From contig NC_058368.1 in assembly GCF_018350175.1 (NCBI RefSeq), forward strand, positions 112,284,001 to 112,348,000: a stretch of 64,000 nucleotides of DNA, read 5' to 3'. The notes beneath the pieces were generated by a model. That model made no database searches, was not told the DNA's origin, and saw nothing but the letters and a program-made list of their open reading frames with translations. The translations under genes and the position numbers were made by a program. Below, piece after piece: positions 13,609 to 25,839 of the stretch; within the stretch, counting starts at the first letter, position 1, and each line of letters opens with the position of its first letter. Source of the stretch: Felis catus (lineage: Eukaryota).

Positions 13609-13696
13609 CTAAAGTAAATAGAAAAACAAGAACCCATAATGGGTGGTGTGCTTTTCATCCTTTTGTTTCACCTACATTTTTTTGTTTCTTTGTCTC

Positions 13697-13857
13697 TTCT
13701 TTTTTTAAGTGAGAGCGAGAGAGGCAGAGGGAGAGGGAGAGTCTTAAGCAGGCCCCACGCCCAGCACAGAGCCTGATGCAGGGCTTGATCCCACGATCAT
13801 GACCTGAGCCGACATCGAGAGTAGGACATACAACCGACTGAGCCACCCAGGGGCCCC
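13697..13857 (-). mobile_element. Can-SINE in IL9 intron 1
   Basis: Reverse-strand ggggcccctgggtggctcagtcggtt head. Confidence 0.85.
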
Positions 13858-13912
13858 TCACTTAAACTTTCAAGAGTTCCCTTTCCCACTGGCGCCCCCC
13901 TCTGCAGCTTAC

Positions 13913-14026
13913 CTGCAGTTTGTTAATGAGGTACGTGACATCTTGGATCCCTGACAAGGTCGAACACCTCTGGCTGGCCACAGAGCAGAGAAGGAGGGCA
14001 GAGGCAAGGACCACGGACAGGAGCAT
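13913..14026 (-). CDS. IL9: Interleukin-9, coding exon 1 (signal peptide + N-terminus)
   Basis: Reverse strand reads ATG..MLLSVVLASALLLCSVASQRCSTLSGIQDVTYLINKLQ then GTAAG donor; recognisably IL-9 (human MLLAMVLTSALLLCSVAGQGCPTLAGILDINFLINKMQ). The 5 exons join in phase 0 to give 141 aa with 10 Cys in the mature chain. Confidence 0.97.
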
Positions 14027-14059
14027 CTTGACTTGGAGCTGCAGGGTGGCTTGTAGTTG

Positions 14060-14375
14060 CCTTGAAATCGAGTCGTATTTAAAGCTCCCTCTTGCAAACC
14101 TGGAAAAACCCTGACATCAAACTGATACCAGGTGCCCACTTCTTCTATGTAAGTTTGGGCCACTTGACATTGAAAAATACATATATACATTGAACTGAGT
14201 CACTTGGCAAAGACTATGTTATACTGTGCTAGGAAATATCATTCCCCAGAAAAGATGCTTTTCAAAATTTGGGTACTGAGATGCTGTAGGAAAAGTTAAA
14301 GATCTAAAAACCATAATTTTTTTTTTAAGGCAGATATTCTAGTTGTGAGAGTTAGAATACTTTCCATGAAAGCCC
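14060..14375 (-). promoter_or_regulatory. IL9: IL9 proximal promoter
   Basis: TATA-like TTTAAATA (14076-14083), NF-kB/NFAT-like GGGTTTTTCC (14102-14111), CRE/AP-1-like TGATGTCA (14112-14119), AP-1 TGAGTCA (14196-14202), STAT6-type TTC-N4-GAA (14242-14251), STAT5-type TTC-N3-GAA (14362-14370). Confidence 0.8.
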
Positions 14376-15119
14376 AGGTCTGTATTTTCCCCTTTTTACT
14401 TTATTGGAAATGCTGATATAATAGCCAGTCACAGGTATTATAATGAAGGGGCCAGGGAGGGGGCGGGAGGGTGAGAAATCATGCAGGAGAGCTGCTCTGC
14501 TGGGGTTTTTGCAAGCTCAAGCTCGATGAAGTCACTGCAACTTTAATCTTACTACATTTTATTCTCAAATCTTAACAGCGTTTTTCATGCCTGGGGCCAG
14601 ATTCTCCACCTAGCACAAGGCATTTTTGTGCCAGTATCTCTTTCAACAGGTGTCTGAAGGAGGGAACTCTTCAACTGTACCAGCAAGAATGTAGCCACAG
14701 TGTCTGTTAAGATTGGTCTTGAGGATTCCTTAGTGTCTGTAGGGAACTTATGTCACCCTGCGCAGCTGTCAAGTCAAAACTCGGTGCTTGAGATAGGATA
14801 ACGTCTCACCTGTATTGAGCGCTTACAGCATACCAGCCACAGTTTTCAGCTCTTTACGGGAATTGCGTCATGTAGTACCTACAGCCACCAAATGAGGTAG
14901 GTACTAATTTGCCATTCCCATTTCTTCATATCTTAGATTAGAACACTGTCTGTATCTTAGCTTCCCAGCCCTTGGATGAAGCTGTTCTTAACCACTGTGA
15001 GCCAGAAAGATGTCTCACTGTAGCCCTATAAGTATTATGGTTATTCCCATTCTTTTGTAGATGGGGAAATTGAGGCACAGAGATGCAAGTAATTCGCCCA
15101 AAGCCACACAGCTAGGAAG

Positions 15120-15121
<2 letters not shown>

Positions 15122-15150
<29 letters not shown>

Positions 15151-15176
15151 CAAAACAAAACAAAACAAAACAAAAC
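15122..15176 (+). repeat. (AAAAC)n microsatellite about 1.1 kb upstream of IL9
   Basis: About 11 perfect units. Confidence 0.95.
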
Positions 15177-16201
15177 ACTGTATTCAAATCAGAACTCTGG
15201 CTCCCAGCTTCAGCTGCTCCCCTACTTCTCTGTTTTTTGCCTGCCTCTCCCCCTGGGATATATGCCCCGTATGGGTCTGGTTCACCCTCATATCCTCAGC
15301 CCTTGGAAAACTCCTTGAGGAGCAGTGAGCTATCACTAAATGCCTCTTGAATCAAAACGTGAATGTGAAAGGCAGTTTTTGAAGTAGTAAGACAGGTACT
15401 CAAAAACTATGATCGTGTAAGGTTACAAATCTAGTTTCTGGGCGTGTATGTGGAGGTGTGTGGGCTTAAGAAAATTTATCTTCTACACGCTAGAGGCTGA
15501 AAAAGTGGGGATTCTCTGGCTTAGCATTTTGAGCCATACTAGCAAGTGGGACACACTCGTAAGATTTTCTCACCACTGCTGGAAGAGTATATGGTAATAT
15601 TGCTTTTCTCATTGCATGCTGTTCCTTAGGAGCGGTATTGGACTATGGGGAAAGGGGGTGTCTTGGTAGCAAAGAAGGTAAAAAAAATGGCTTCTTGCTA
15701 ACTTCCCCAGATCCTCCTGCAGCTTGGCCTCCATGCCTGCCCTGTGTATGCACCAAGGAGACGTTTCAAAGGCCTGCCAGCCTGTGCCGAATACTTTCAT
15801 GCCAGAGTCTGGTAGTGATGCCCTTTTCTTGCCAATAGAAGCTCGATTAGTTCAGGATGGCAATGAACCCAGCCAAACACCCACTTTTTCAGTCACTCTG
15901 CTGCACTGCTGCAGGTGGCCATGTGACGTGTTCTGATGGTTGCAACGTCTGTAGAATTCATTTGCTTTTCCGGTAACAGGAGACAAAAGTAGCTGACACC
16001 CGTCGTTACCACCTTATTGCGATCTGAGCGTGAATGTGCTAGCAAGAGCTTCGGAAGCGATCTTCTAACCATGCAGGGATGGACCAGAGAACTGTAGCAA
16101 TAACAACTCTAACGTTTTACATAAATGGGAAAAAGTCCTGAAAAACAAAAATAAAACCATGAAAGCGACGATAGAAAGTAACAGTAAGAATACCAAAGTG
16201 A

Positions 16202-16430
16202 GGGGCGCCTGGGTGGCGCAGTTAGTTAAGCGTCCGACTTCAGCTCAGGTCACAATCTTGCGGCCCGTGAGTTCGAGCCCCGCGTCAGGCTCTGGGCTGA
16301 TGGCTCGGAGCCTGGAGCCTGTTTCCGATTCTGTGTCTCCCTCTCTCTCTGCCCCTCCCCCGTTCATGCTCTGTCTCTCTCTGTCCCAAAAATAAATAAA
16401 CGTTGAAAAAAAAATTAAAAAAAAAAAAAA
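16202..16430 (+). mobile_element. Young felid Can-SINE (SINEC_Fc)
   Basis: tRNA-derived head ggggcgcctgggtggcgcag, CpGs intact, long A tail, perfect 15-bp TSD aagaataccaaagtg. Confidence 0.95.
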
Positions 16431-16726
16431 AAGAATACCAAAGTGGTACTAAGTTCCAGCTGGATATCACTGCCTGCTGAAGACCATGCATCTTGACGCT
16501 CAGGAAAAATGGAAATTAGCATGTGCTAGAGTCATTGCAATCTGCATGTTGCTGTCTTGTGTCTCTTCCTCCAAGCGGGACTGAGTTCCAGGAGAACTGA
16601 TAGGATGTCAGACTCTGCTTCATTATTGTATTCCCAGGGCACAGTCCATACTCAGTGCTCAGGAATTGCTGGTTAAGTGAATGAATGACGAATAGCTGTC
16701 CTTTTCTTAAAATGTATTAAATGTAT

Positions 16727-16950
16727 GGGGCGCCTGGGTGGCGCAGTCGGTTAAGCGTCCGACTTCAGCCAGGTCACGATCTCGCGGTCCGTGAGTTCGA
16801 GCCCCGCGTCGGGCTCTGGGCTGATGGCTCAGAGCCTGGAGCCTGCTTCCGATTCTGTGTCTCCCTCTCTCTCTGCCCCTCCCCCGTTCATGCTCTGTCT
16901 CTCTTTGTCCCAAAAATAAATAAACGTTGAAAAAAAAATTAAAAAAAAAA
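16727..16950 (+). mobile_element. Young felid Can-SINE (SINEC_Fc)
   Basis: Consensus-like head, A tail, TSD aaatgtatg. Confidence 0.95.
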
Positions 16951-18244
16951 AATGTATGTGATTTGTGAAATGACCAAGATGTGTTCCCAGTGGATCAGTA
17001 ACAAAGAACAGAAAGAGCCTTTACAAAACCTGAGCAAGGAAAGCATTTGAAGAGTAAGCAATGAACAAAATACACCCTCCTGCAATGCAGTCCCTTCAGA
17101 ACTTTGAAGAGTTCTTCAAGCTCTTCTCCCTTTCAGTTCTCTTAGCAACTGCACGAAGAAGGCAGGACAGGTGAAGGAACTCCGAGTCTGTACAGGATGA
17201 AACAGGGAGAGAGAGAGAGGTAGGTGATTGTTCTTTGCAATTCTTTTCTATCTTCCCAGCCACTTCAGTTATAAAAATGAAAAGAATTAAGAATATTTAA
17301 ATGGCAGCTCTGTATTTTAAAACCCTGTTAAAACAGCAGATGTTTATCTAGGCAAAGTCTACAGCTTTTGAGGTTTAGCTTCTAGGATTTATTGCGATAC
17401 CGGAATGTGAGTATGCAAATGATCTCCTGCAGAGGAAATACACCAAGCTCAGAAATGAACTACTCGCTTGTTTTAAATATCAAGAAGATTGGAGAGTGGG
17501 ATGCTTACCAAGATGTAGCGTAGATAACATATTTTACAATAAATGACAAAAGACAATACTCCACCATTTATTTTGTTTCAAAGATAAAGTTTGACATTTT
17601 TATTTTGTGATTAAACACCCATGTGTCAGGGATTATTTCTCTAATAAAACAAAAATGGTTATTTGTTCTAGGAAGCCACAGCATGAAATGACACACACAA
17701 AAAGACACTAAATTTCTAAGTAAAACCCATTCTGTCTTTTCTTCTGAATAGCCAAGAGATAACGTTATGAGAATCTTTGAGCACTAATTTCTTAATCAAA
17801 TAGTTCTTTCCAAGTCATTATTTCCCAACCAACTGTGAGGGGCAAGCCTCGCTGGGTGCACTGTTATCCCTACTGGGGTTTCTCCCCCCGGAAGGGGGAT
17901 TTCTACGTGGGAGCTCTGCACCTCTCCTTTTGCAGCTCCTAAGCAAATTCCGGGGCCATGGACCTGGGGCCCTGTGCTTCCCGTTTAGCTTCCATGAAGT
18001 TTCCAGAGTTACAAGATGCAGGCTCCACTCCTCTCAGCCCCCACCCCTTCTACACTGCTACTCCTCACCAAAGGTGACTGACGACCCGGGATATCCTCGT
18101 AAAAGGAATTTTTACATTCTCCCACTGATACAGCCCTTTGTGGCCTGAAACCTGACCCTGTGTTTCTTAAGAGTCTGTGGGACCCCACCCCCGCTTTGCT
18201 GTGGACACTTTACTGGTGTTCATCTACTAAAGAAAGGTATGAAA

Positions 18245-18439
18245 GGGGCGCCTGGGTGGCTCCGTCTGTTGCGCGTTCGACTGTCGCTCAGGTCACCATC
18301 TCATCATTGGTGAGTTCGAGCCCCGCGTCGGGCTCTGTGCTGACAGCTCAGAGCCTGGAGCCTGCTTCGGATTCTGTGTCTCCCTCTCTCTCTCAAAAAT
18401 AAACATTAAAAAATAATAATAATAAAAAATTTAAAAAAA
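18245..18439 (+). mobile_element. Can-SINE
   Basis: Head and A-rich tail. Confidence 0.9.
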
Positions 18440-18731
18440 GGATGAGAACTCCTGTTTTGGGCCACATTGGGGAAGGCACTACCATTTGTTGAACCCTTAC
18501 TATATGCAAGGCAATATATTAAACACCTCATATGTATTAACGCACTCAGCCCTCTCCAGTCTTTATTAGCCTCACTTTATAGATGTTGAAGCTCAGGAAA
18601 TTGAAGCTCAGGAGGGCTAAGAGGGTCCCCTTAATCACACAGCTAACAATTTGAACTGGATTTATCTAATCCTAGAGCCTGTGCTCTCATGGCCTATGCC
18701 ATATATCAATCTGTATTTCTGCTGACCCACC

Positions 18732-19836
18732 TATACGGCATTGTTCTGGGTACCTGTCGTAACTTGAAGGGAAACTTTCACAATGTCCAGAGCACTTGAT
18801 GCCCTGCGAATGAAGGGGAGGATGTCCTCAAATTCCTTGCAGCAGGAACCCACTTAGGTGGCACCAAAGTTGACTTCCAAGTGGAACAGTGCATTTGCAA
18901 TAGGAAAAGTTACAACATCTATGTCATGAATCTGAAGAGAACCTGGGAGGTTTCTACTAGCAGCTTGTGCCATTGGTGCCATTGACAACCCGGCTGATGT
19001 CAGAGTCCTGTCCTCCCAGAATACTGACCAGCAAGCTATCCTCAAGTTTGCTGCTGCCACTGGAGCCACTCCTGGTGCTGGTCACTTTGCTCCTGGAACC
19101 TTCACCAATGATCCCGGGGGTGACCTCAGCCCCACCCCAGATCCAGGAGCCATGGCTTCGGGCGCCTAGTGACCCCGGGGGTGACCTCAGCCTCACCCAG
19201 ATCCAGGAGCCATGGCTTCGGGCGCCTAGTGACCCCGGGGGTGACCTCAGCCTCACCCAGATCCAGGAGCCATGGCTTCGGGCGCCTAGTGACCCCGGGG
19301 GTGACCCCAGCCTCTGATGGAGGCCTCTTATGTTAACCTGTCTACCCTCACTCTGTGTAACACAGACTCTCCTCTGCCATCCCCTGCAGCAACCAGGCTG
19401 CTGCCTCAGCGGCTCTGACGCGGTGGATGCTGGCGCAGGCAGTTCTGCGCATGTGCGGCGCTCTTCCCCAGGAACTGGCGAGAGGTCACGCCTAACCCAG
19501 ACCGCTAGGAGGTCCCTGGAGGGGAAGAACAGGCCGCTGCTGACAGGGATTGACCTGGGAGGCACGTCAGGGTGCATGGACTGCTCCAGTGCCCCAATTT
19601 ACTGCTTCTCACCCCCACACGGCAGGCTGGTCTGAAGGTGAGCGGTGCCTGGGTGCTGGTGCAGCCCACCCCGCGGAAGCCTGGGTGCCCCCCTCCCCCC
19701 GCCGCCACTGAGGACTGGCCCGCGGTTAATGCGTGGGAGCAACCACTGAGTGGTCTTAAGCTGTTTTTTCCAGACTCTTAAGTAGAAAACGGAAATAAGC
19801 TTGATGGAAAACGAGGTTTCTTTAAAAAAAAAAAAA
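18732..19836 (+). pseudogene. RPSA: Processed pseudogene of ribosomal protein SA (uS2 / 37-kDa laminin receptor)
   Basis: RPSA-like 5' UTR, ATG at 18783 ([26 protein letters not shown]), C-terminus VGATTEWS* at 19759, no introns, frameshifts and deletions, poly(A) 19824-19836. Confidence 0.93.
19110..19312 (+). repeat. 60-bp minisatellite, about 3.4 copies, inside the RPSA retrocopy
   Basis: Units start at 19110 (61 bp), 19171, 19231 and 19291 (partial); units 2 and 3 are identical. Confidence 0.97.
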
Positions 19837-20909
19837 TTGCCGAATGAATTGAGTTCTGATAAACTTGTCCAGAAGACGTGCATCTGATGGCTTTGGGGCG
19901 GTAATTTTTTGGAATTTTATGCTTTTTTCTTTTTAGTGCTATTTTAGGTTTTCTCCTTCTTAGTTTTCTATGTGTGGTTTCCTGGAAAATGATCCCTGAA
20001 TAATGCTAACAAAGTAGTAAGATTGTGCATTTTACCCACATTTTCTCTTTGATGAAACTTGTAAGAAATGTGTATATTTGATTATTTTCAGATATTTAGG
20101 TTATGCTTTTTATTGGTCATTTCTGGATATGATTTTCCTCATCTTTCCAATTTGGCATTTTATGCACGTGCATTCCTTCTTAGGTGATTTGGATTTCCTA
20201 GATTGTTTTTTATTTTTATTTTTTAGTATTATCTGTGCCCAACGTGGGGCTCGAACTCATGACCCCGAGATCAAGCGTCGCATGCTCTACTGACTGACCC
20301 AGTCAGGCCACCCCTAGATTTATCTTCTTGTTCCTCTTCTAGCTTCTTGAGTCGTATGTTTGCTTCAGTGTTTAAACAAATATTAGCTTCAGTTACTGAT
20401 TACACCGTGTGGCAAGCAGAGCGCAACATGCTTTATTTGCATTATCCCACTGAATTCTCACAATACCGTCTGCGGCTTCCTAAGAAATATTTGTAGCTTA
20501 GTGGTGGTGAGTGCAGACTTGAGCTAGATGGTTGCTGCCACTTCTAACTCTGTGGCCTCGTGCACGTGACTTCTCGGCGCTTCAGTTTCCTTAGCTATAA
20601 AATGGGATAATCGTATAATCCACATTACAGGTCTGTTGTGGGGGATGAATAAGTTAGTTCTTAGAGCCCCTAGAACAGAGTCCGGCACGTGATCAGCACT
20701 ATGGAAGCAGTCCATATAATTATTTAAAGATGAGGGATTGAAGCTTTAGAAAGTTAAGCAACTTTCCTAGGATTACACAGCTATTCCCAGATTAGGGGCC
20801 ACCTTCTTTTGAGCACAGCCTGGGCAGCATCGCGTAGATTTTGGTATGTGGTTAGCTCACTCGCATTGATTTCTTAACAGTCTATAATTTCAATTTTGGT
20901 TTCTTCTTT

Positions 20910-21135
20910 TTTTAAAGAAATTTTTAATGTTTGTTTTTGAGAGAGAGAGAGAGACAGTGATAGAGTGTGAGCAGGGGAGGGGCAGAGAGAGAGGCAGACA
21001 CAGAATTCAAAGCAGGCTCCAGGCTCTGAGCTGTCGGCACAGAGCTGGATGCGGGGCTTGACCCATGAACCATGAATGAGATCATGACCTGAGCTGAAGT
21101 CAGACACTCGACCGATGGAGCCACACAGGTGCCCC
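20910..21135 (-). mobile_element. Can-SINE
   Basis: TSD aattttggtttcttcttt. Confidence 0.9.
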
Positions 21136-21929
21136 AATTTTGGTTTCTTCTTTGATGAAGTTCCCATTATTTTTTTCCTCTGTAGGAAATCATTTTGGGA
21201 AACCCTTTGCTTTCTACCTGAATGATCTTCATCCTTGAAACTCAGAAGTTTTGCCAGAATTTGTCTAGTTGTGGCTGTTCTGTTTTTATCCCTGATCAGC
21301 ACATAGCCCATTTGATCTTAAGATCACAGTCTTTCTCCCATAAAAATATTTTCCTATTTGTTCTTTGATCTCCACTTCTCTTTTTTCCCCTTCTGTAATT
21401 TCTATTGTACACAGGTTGAAATCTTCTAAGCTTATTTTCCATGGCTTTGTTTTCCCCTTGAATTTCTTATCATTGTTTTTTACTTCGGATTTCTGGGGGG
21501 TCTTCTGGATTGGGTCTTTTAATTACCAGTTCAGTTATCTGCAGAATCCATTCTGTTTTTAACCACCTCTACTGAGTGTTTTTGTTCCCACCAATGCATA
21601 TTTCCATTTTAATATTTTTAAATTTTAATATGTATCCCAACAAGCATGTAACAAGCTCATGAGGGCCACCCTGCACCATTTTTTAATGAAAATGTGGAAG
21701 AAAGATGGTATATACAAATGGCAAAGACACACAAAATGGCCTTGCATTTTCCACTAAAATTAAATGAATTAAAAATTCCAGTGAAACGTTCACTTCTACT
21801 AAAGTTTTTCTGTCCTGGACACAGCCATCCAGCCTCTGTTTCTCCAAAATCTGACACCCACTGCCAGACCTTAAAGGCAGCCTACACTCTGCCATATTTC
21901 ACCAGTGTCTTTTGGTCTTCTTTTTTGAA

Positions 21930-22127
21930 TTTTATTAAAGTTTTTACCTTAGAACAGTTTAAGATTACGAGACAATTGTTGACATACTACAGAAACTTCT
22001 CATATAACCACATCTAGTTTCCCTGTTGTTAACATTTTAACATTTGTTTATATACACGATACATTTGTTACAGTTAATGAACCAATATTGATAACATTGT
22101 GGGGTTTTTAAAGTTTATTTATTTATT

Positions 22128-22159
<32 letters not shown>

Positions 22160-23230
22160 CACAAGTGGTGGAGGGGCAGAGAGAGAGGGAGGTACAGAAA
22201 CGAAAGCAGGCTCCAGGCCCTGAGCTGTCAGCGCAGAGCCCGATATGGGGCTCGAACTCACAAACTGTGAGATCGTGACCTGTGCTGAAGTCTGATGCTT
22301 AACTGACTGAGCTACCCAGGTGCCTCTTGGTACATTTTTTTTTAACTAAAGTCCATATTTTATTCAGATTTCCTTAGTTTTCACTTAATGTCCTCTTCTG
22401 TTCTAAGATCCCATCCAGAACACCTCATTACATTTAGTCATTATGTCTCTTTAGGTTCCTCTTAGCTGTGACCGTTTCTCAGGCTTTTCTTTGTTTTTAA
22501 TGACCTTGATGGTTTTGAGGAGTACTCGTTAGGTATTTTGTACAATGTCTCTCACTTTGGGATTTGCTTGGTGTTCTCATGATTAAACTGAGGTTAGGGA
22601 GGAAGACCACAGAAGTCAAGTTTTATTTTCATCACATTGTATCAGAGCATTTGCATCAGCATGACTTATCCTTGTCGATGACCTTCATCCTCTGGCAGAA
22701 ACCACCTATAGATTTCTCTTTTCCCCTCCTTCCATACTGTACTCTTTGGGGAAAAAGTCACCATACAGATAAAGAGTGGGGAGTTATGTTCACTTCCTTG
22801 AGGACTGAGTATCTGCATAAATTACTTGGGGTTATTCTGCCTGGGACATTTGTCTCCTCATTTATTGATTGATTCAGTTATTTATTTAATTCAGGATAGA
22901 CTCATCAGAATTTGTTTTCCATTTCGGGTTGCAATCCATTACTGCTTTATTTTGTTACTTGGATTTTTCCAGCTTTGGTAATCGGGAGTTGTTTCATTTG
23001 TCCTCTGTGTCCTTTTCGACTCCACCATTGTGCCTTTTTTGGTTCTGCTTTGTGAGCACCATGTTACTTTCTGGCACCACAAGATGTTCCAGGCTCATGT
23101 TGTCACTTTGCTGCGCCAGTCCTGGAATCAGCCATTTCTGCAAAGAGTGCAGATTCCTTTTATTGGAGCCTGGCATCAAAAAGCAAGATGGAAGCTATCC
23201 ATGCTTAGTGCGACTGGGATCCTGTTTTTC
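21930..23230 (-). mobile_element. Ancient LINE-1 3' region (L1MC/ME-like), interrupted by a SINE
   Basis: T-rich + strand with typical old L1 3' UTR phrases. Confidence 0.6.
22105..22326 (-). mobile_element. Can-SINE
   Basis: Reverse-strand head and (GA)n. Confidence 0.9.
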
Positions 23231-25323
23231 TTTTCAGTTGTGCAGTTATATTTCTTATCTTTCCTGCCATAATTGCCTGCTCTCATCTTCTCATCTTCTC
23301 AATGCAATGTAAGAATAAGAATTATACATATATATACATACATATATATATATATGTATATATATAGTGAGAGAGAGAGAAGAGAAAGGAGAAACAGAGG
23401 AAAGAGAAGCTCTTTTATTTATTTTTTTTACCCTGGGTTATTCACGCTGAATGTTCTATTTAAACTGCTGAGGTTTTACATATCTGGCAATGTTTTGCTT
23501 TGCTGATACATATGAACAGTCGTTCGGAAAGATAACCTGAACGAGATGGGTCCCAACAGAGCCTGTGGCAACCATTGCGATTTCTTTCTGTCCTTAACAC
23601 AAATAGGAGACAAATTTAGATGTACACTTTTTCTCTAGTAGCCGAGAGGGTGGGTCGTTTGTTCAGGGATAATGCGGTCAGCAGGGCTGAGAGCTACTTG
23701 ATTTGGAATCTCACCTTAGCTCCGGACCCAGGTCTCCCTCTTGTCTGGGAGGCTGGACATCAGCCAGCACAGAGGCCCTCTCTGGTCTCCCATCGCAAAG
23801 GAGGCGGGGCTCTGTGTACCAGCATTTCAGGATTGTAGGGGGGTCTACTTCTTGCACACCCCCGCTGATTGGTTAACTCTCTAGTTGGCCCTAAACGCCA
23901 ACTATTGGCTTCTGTTTCTACCTCTCTGTCCTGCTCCCTTAGATAGAGCTCTTCAACAAGACTCTCTTTTTAGTTCATGCCTCAGTCTTTTTCCCCAGAG
24001 GGAAAGCTCTGCTCTCCCTCCATGACTAGTGACAGGTTCTAGAAACCCAGCCCAAGTTAGCGGCCAAGCTTCCCACCACCATTCCCGATAGTACTATATT
24101 ACTTAGACCTCCGAGGTCATTCACCTAGCGAGAGGAACAGCCAGGATCCAACCCACTCTGTTTGCATTACCGTTTGTGCTGCAGAGGCCGACCAGTAAAT
24201 TAAATAGATGATTCAAACTCTGCACTCAAACACCATTCAGGAATTATTATTTCCATGGTGTAGATAATCCAGTTTGATGAAATAGGTAAAATGGGATAGA
24301 GAAAATGAATAAAGTTCCTACTGTGCATAGTCAGAACTGAAAGCGAAGGTCAGGGTAGGAGCGGTAGGGCCGTGGGAACTCAGAACCATGGTGAGTAGGG
24401 ATATCATGCACACCCCAAGGGTTTACTTCACAGCTCCTTTTGGTGGGAAAGGAGGCTCCACCTCTGGCTATACCTCTGCTGTCTCCACAACACCAGGGAC
24501 GCCAAGCATAGCACCCAGAAGGGCCCCACCCGCAAAAGCATGTGCTTTGGTGTCCATCTGAAAGAATGTGTTTTTCAAGTTGGTTTCAGAAAAAGATAAG
24601 CAAAACAAAGAAAGAAACCGTTACTCAGCTTCCCATGATGCTTCATCAGAAACCAACTGAAGGATCCTGTGGAGTACTTCTAAAAGTTCTCAGTAACAGC
24701 AGGGGATCCCCACTCGCCAGTGCTCATTACCTCAGTCATCCCAATGGGGTTTCCGTCTGCCTCAAACAGCACAGCACTCTCTGAATAAAGCATCGTATTA
24801 ATTAAAAATGGTGCCATGATTTTATGAAGCTTTATTACCACTGGTCCTTTTACATGGCATATTATCATTATTTTTTATTACTGTTATTAATTTCCATTTG
24901 TCCTCATGATCCTTCTAAGGAAGAGTGGAGAGTTTGTGGCAGGGCAGGGGCAGGCTCAGAGTGTGGGTTAGGTTCCTTTTACAGTCTTGACCCCCTGGGA
25001 ACTTTTGATTCCCCTGAGTGCTCCCTTCCTTTTGGAAACCTGCTCCTCTCTTGGCCTCAGTGGCACCACATGCTCTTCTTCCTACCTCATACACCATCTC
25101 TCTGTATCCTTTGCTGGCTCCTCCCCTCCTTTTCTGCGTCTCCATACGGGGTTGCCCCGGTACTCATTCTGGGCTCTCAACTCTCCTTTATCGTGACTGA
25201 GATGTCTCCCTAAGTCCTGGCTTTGCCCCATCCACATGCTGATGATTCCCAGATTCTACCTCTATTACTGACAGCTTCACTGAGCTACAAACTACAAACT
25301 TGCATTACAAGTGTAGTATATTT

Positions 25324-25538
25324 AGGGCACCTGGGTGGCTCAGTCGGTTGAGCATCCAACTTTGGGTCAGGTTATCATCTCTTGGTGCCTGGGTTTGAGC
25401 CCCACATCGGGCTCTGGGCTGACAGCTCAGAGCCTGGAGCCTGTTTCAGATTCTGTGTCTCCCTCTCTCTGCCTCTTCCCCACTCATGCTCTGTCTCTCT
25501 CCGTCTCTCAAAAATGAATAAATATTAAAAAATTTTTT
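25324..25538 (+). mobile_element. Can-SINE
   Basis: Head, tail, TSD ttacaagtgtartatattta. Confidence 0.9.
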
Positions 25539-25605
25539 TACAAGTGTAATATATTTAAATATGCCCAGATTCTGCCTCCCTGTGAAGGATCATATCACCA
25601 CTTCT

Positions 25606-25647
25606 TTTTTTAAATTAAAAAAAACATTTTTTTAATGTTTATATGTT

Positions 25648-25679
<32 letters not shown>

Positions 25680-25839
25680 CAGGGGAGGGGCAGAGAGAGA
25701 GAGGGAGACACAGAATCTAAAACAGGCTCCAGGCTCTGAGCTGTCAGCACAGACCCCGATGTGGAGCTTGAACTCACGAACCATGAAATCATGATCCGAG
25801 CCGAAGTCGGGCATTCAACCGACAGCCACCCAGGTGCCT
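25606..25839 (-). mobile_element. Can-SINE
   Basis: TSD tcatatcaccacttct. Confidence 0.9.

Noticed and set aside
13909..14190. 93-aa minus-strand ORF over IL9 exon 1
   Set aside because: Wrong frame; the IL9 frame starts at ATG 14026 and splices at 13913.
16202..16290. tRNA-like A/B boxes
   Set aside because: tRNA-derived SINE heads, not tRNA genes.
19110..19312. Regular repeat resembling a CRISPR array
   Set aside because: Head-to-tail identical units with no unique spacers, in a mammalian pseudogene, with no cas genes.
18957..19577. 206-aa minus-strand ORF and 116-aa plus-strand ORF with 20-aa repeats
   Set aside because: By-products of the 60-bp repeat in a GC-rich RPSA pseudogene; no independent coding evidence.
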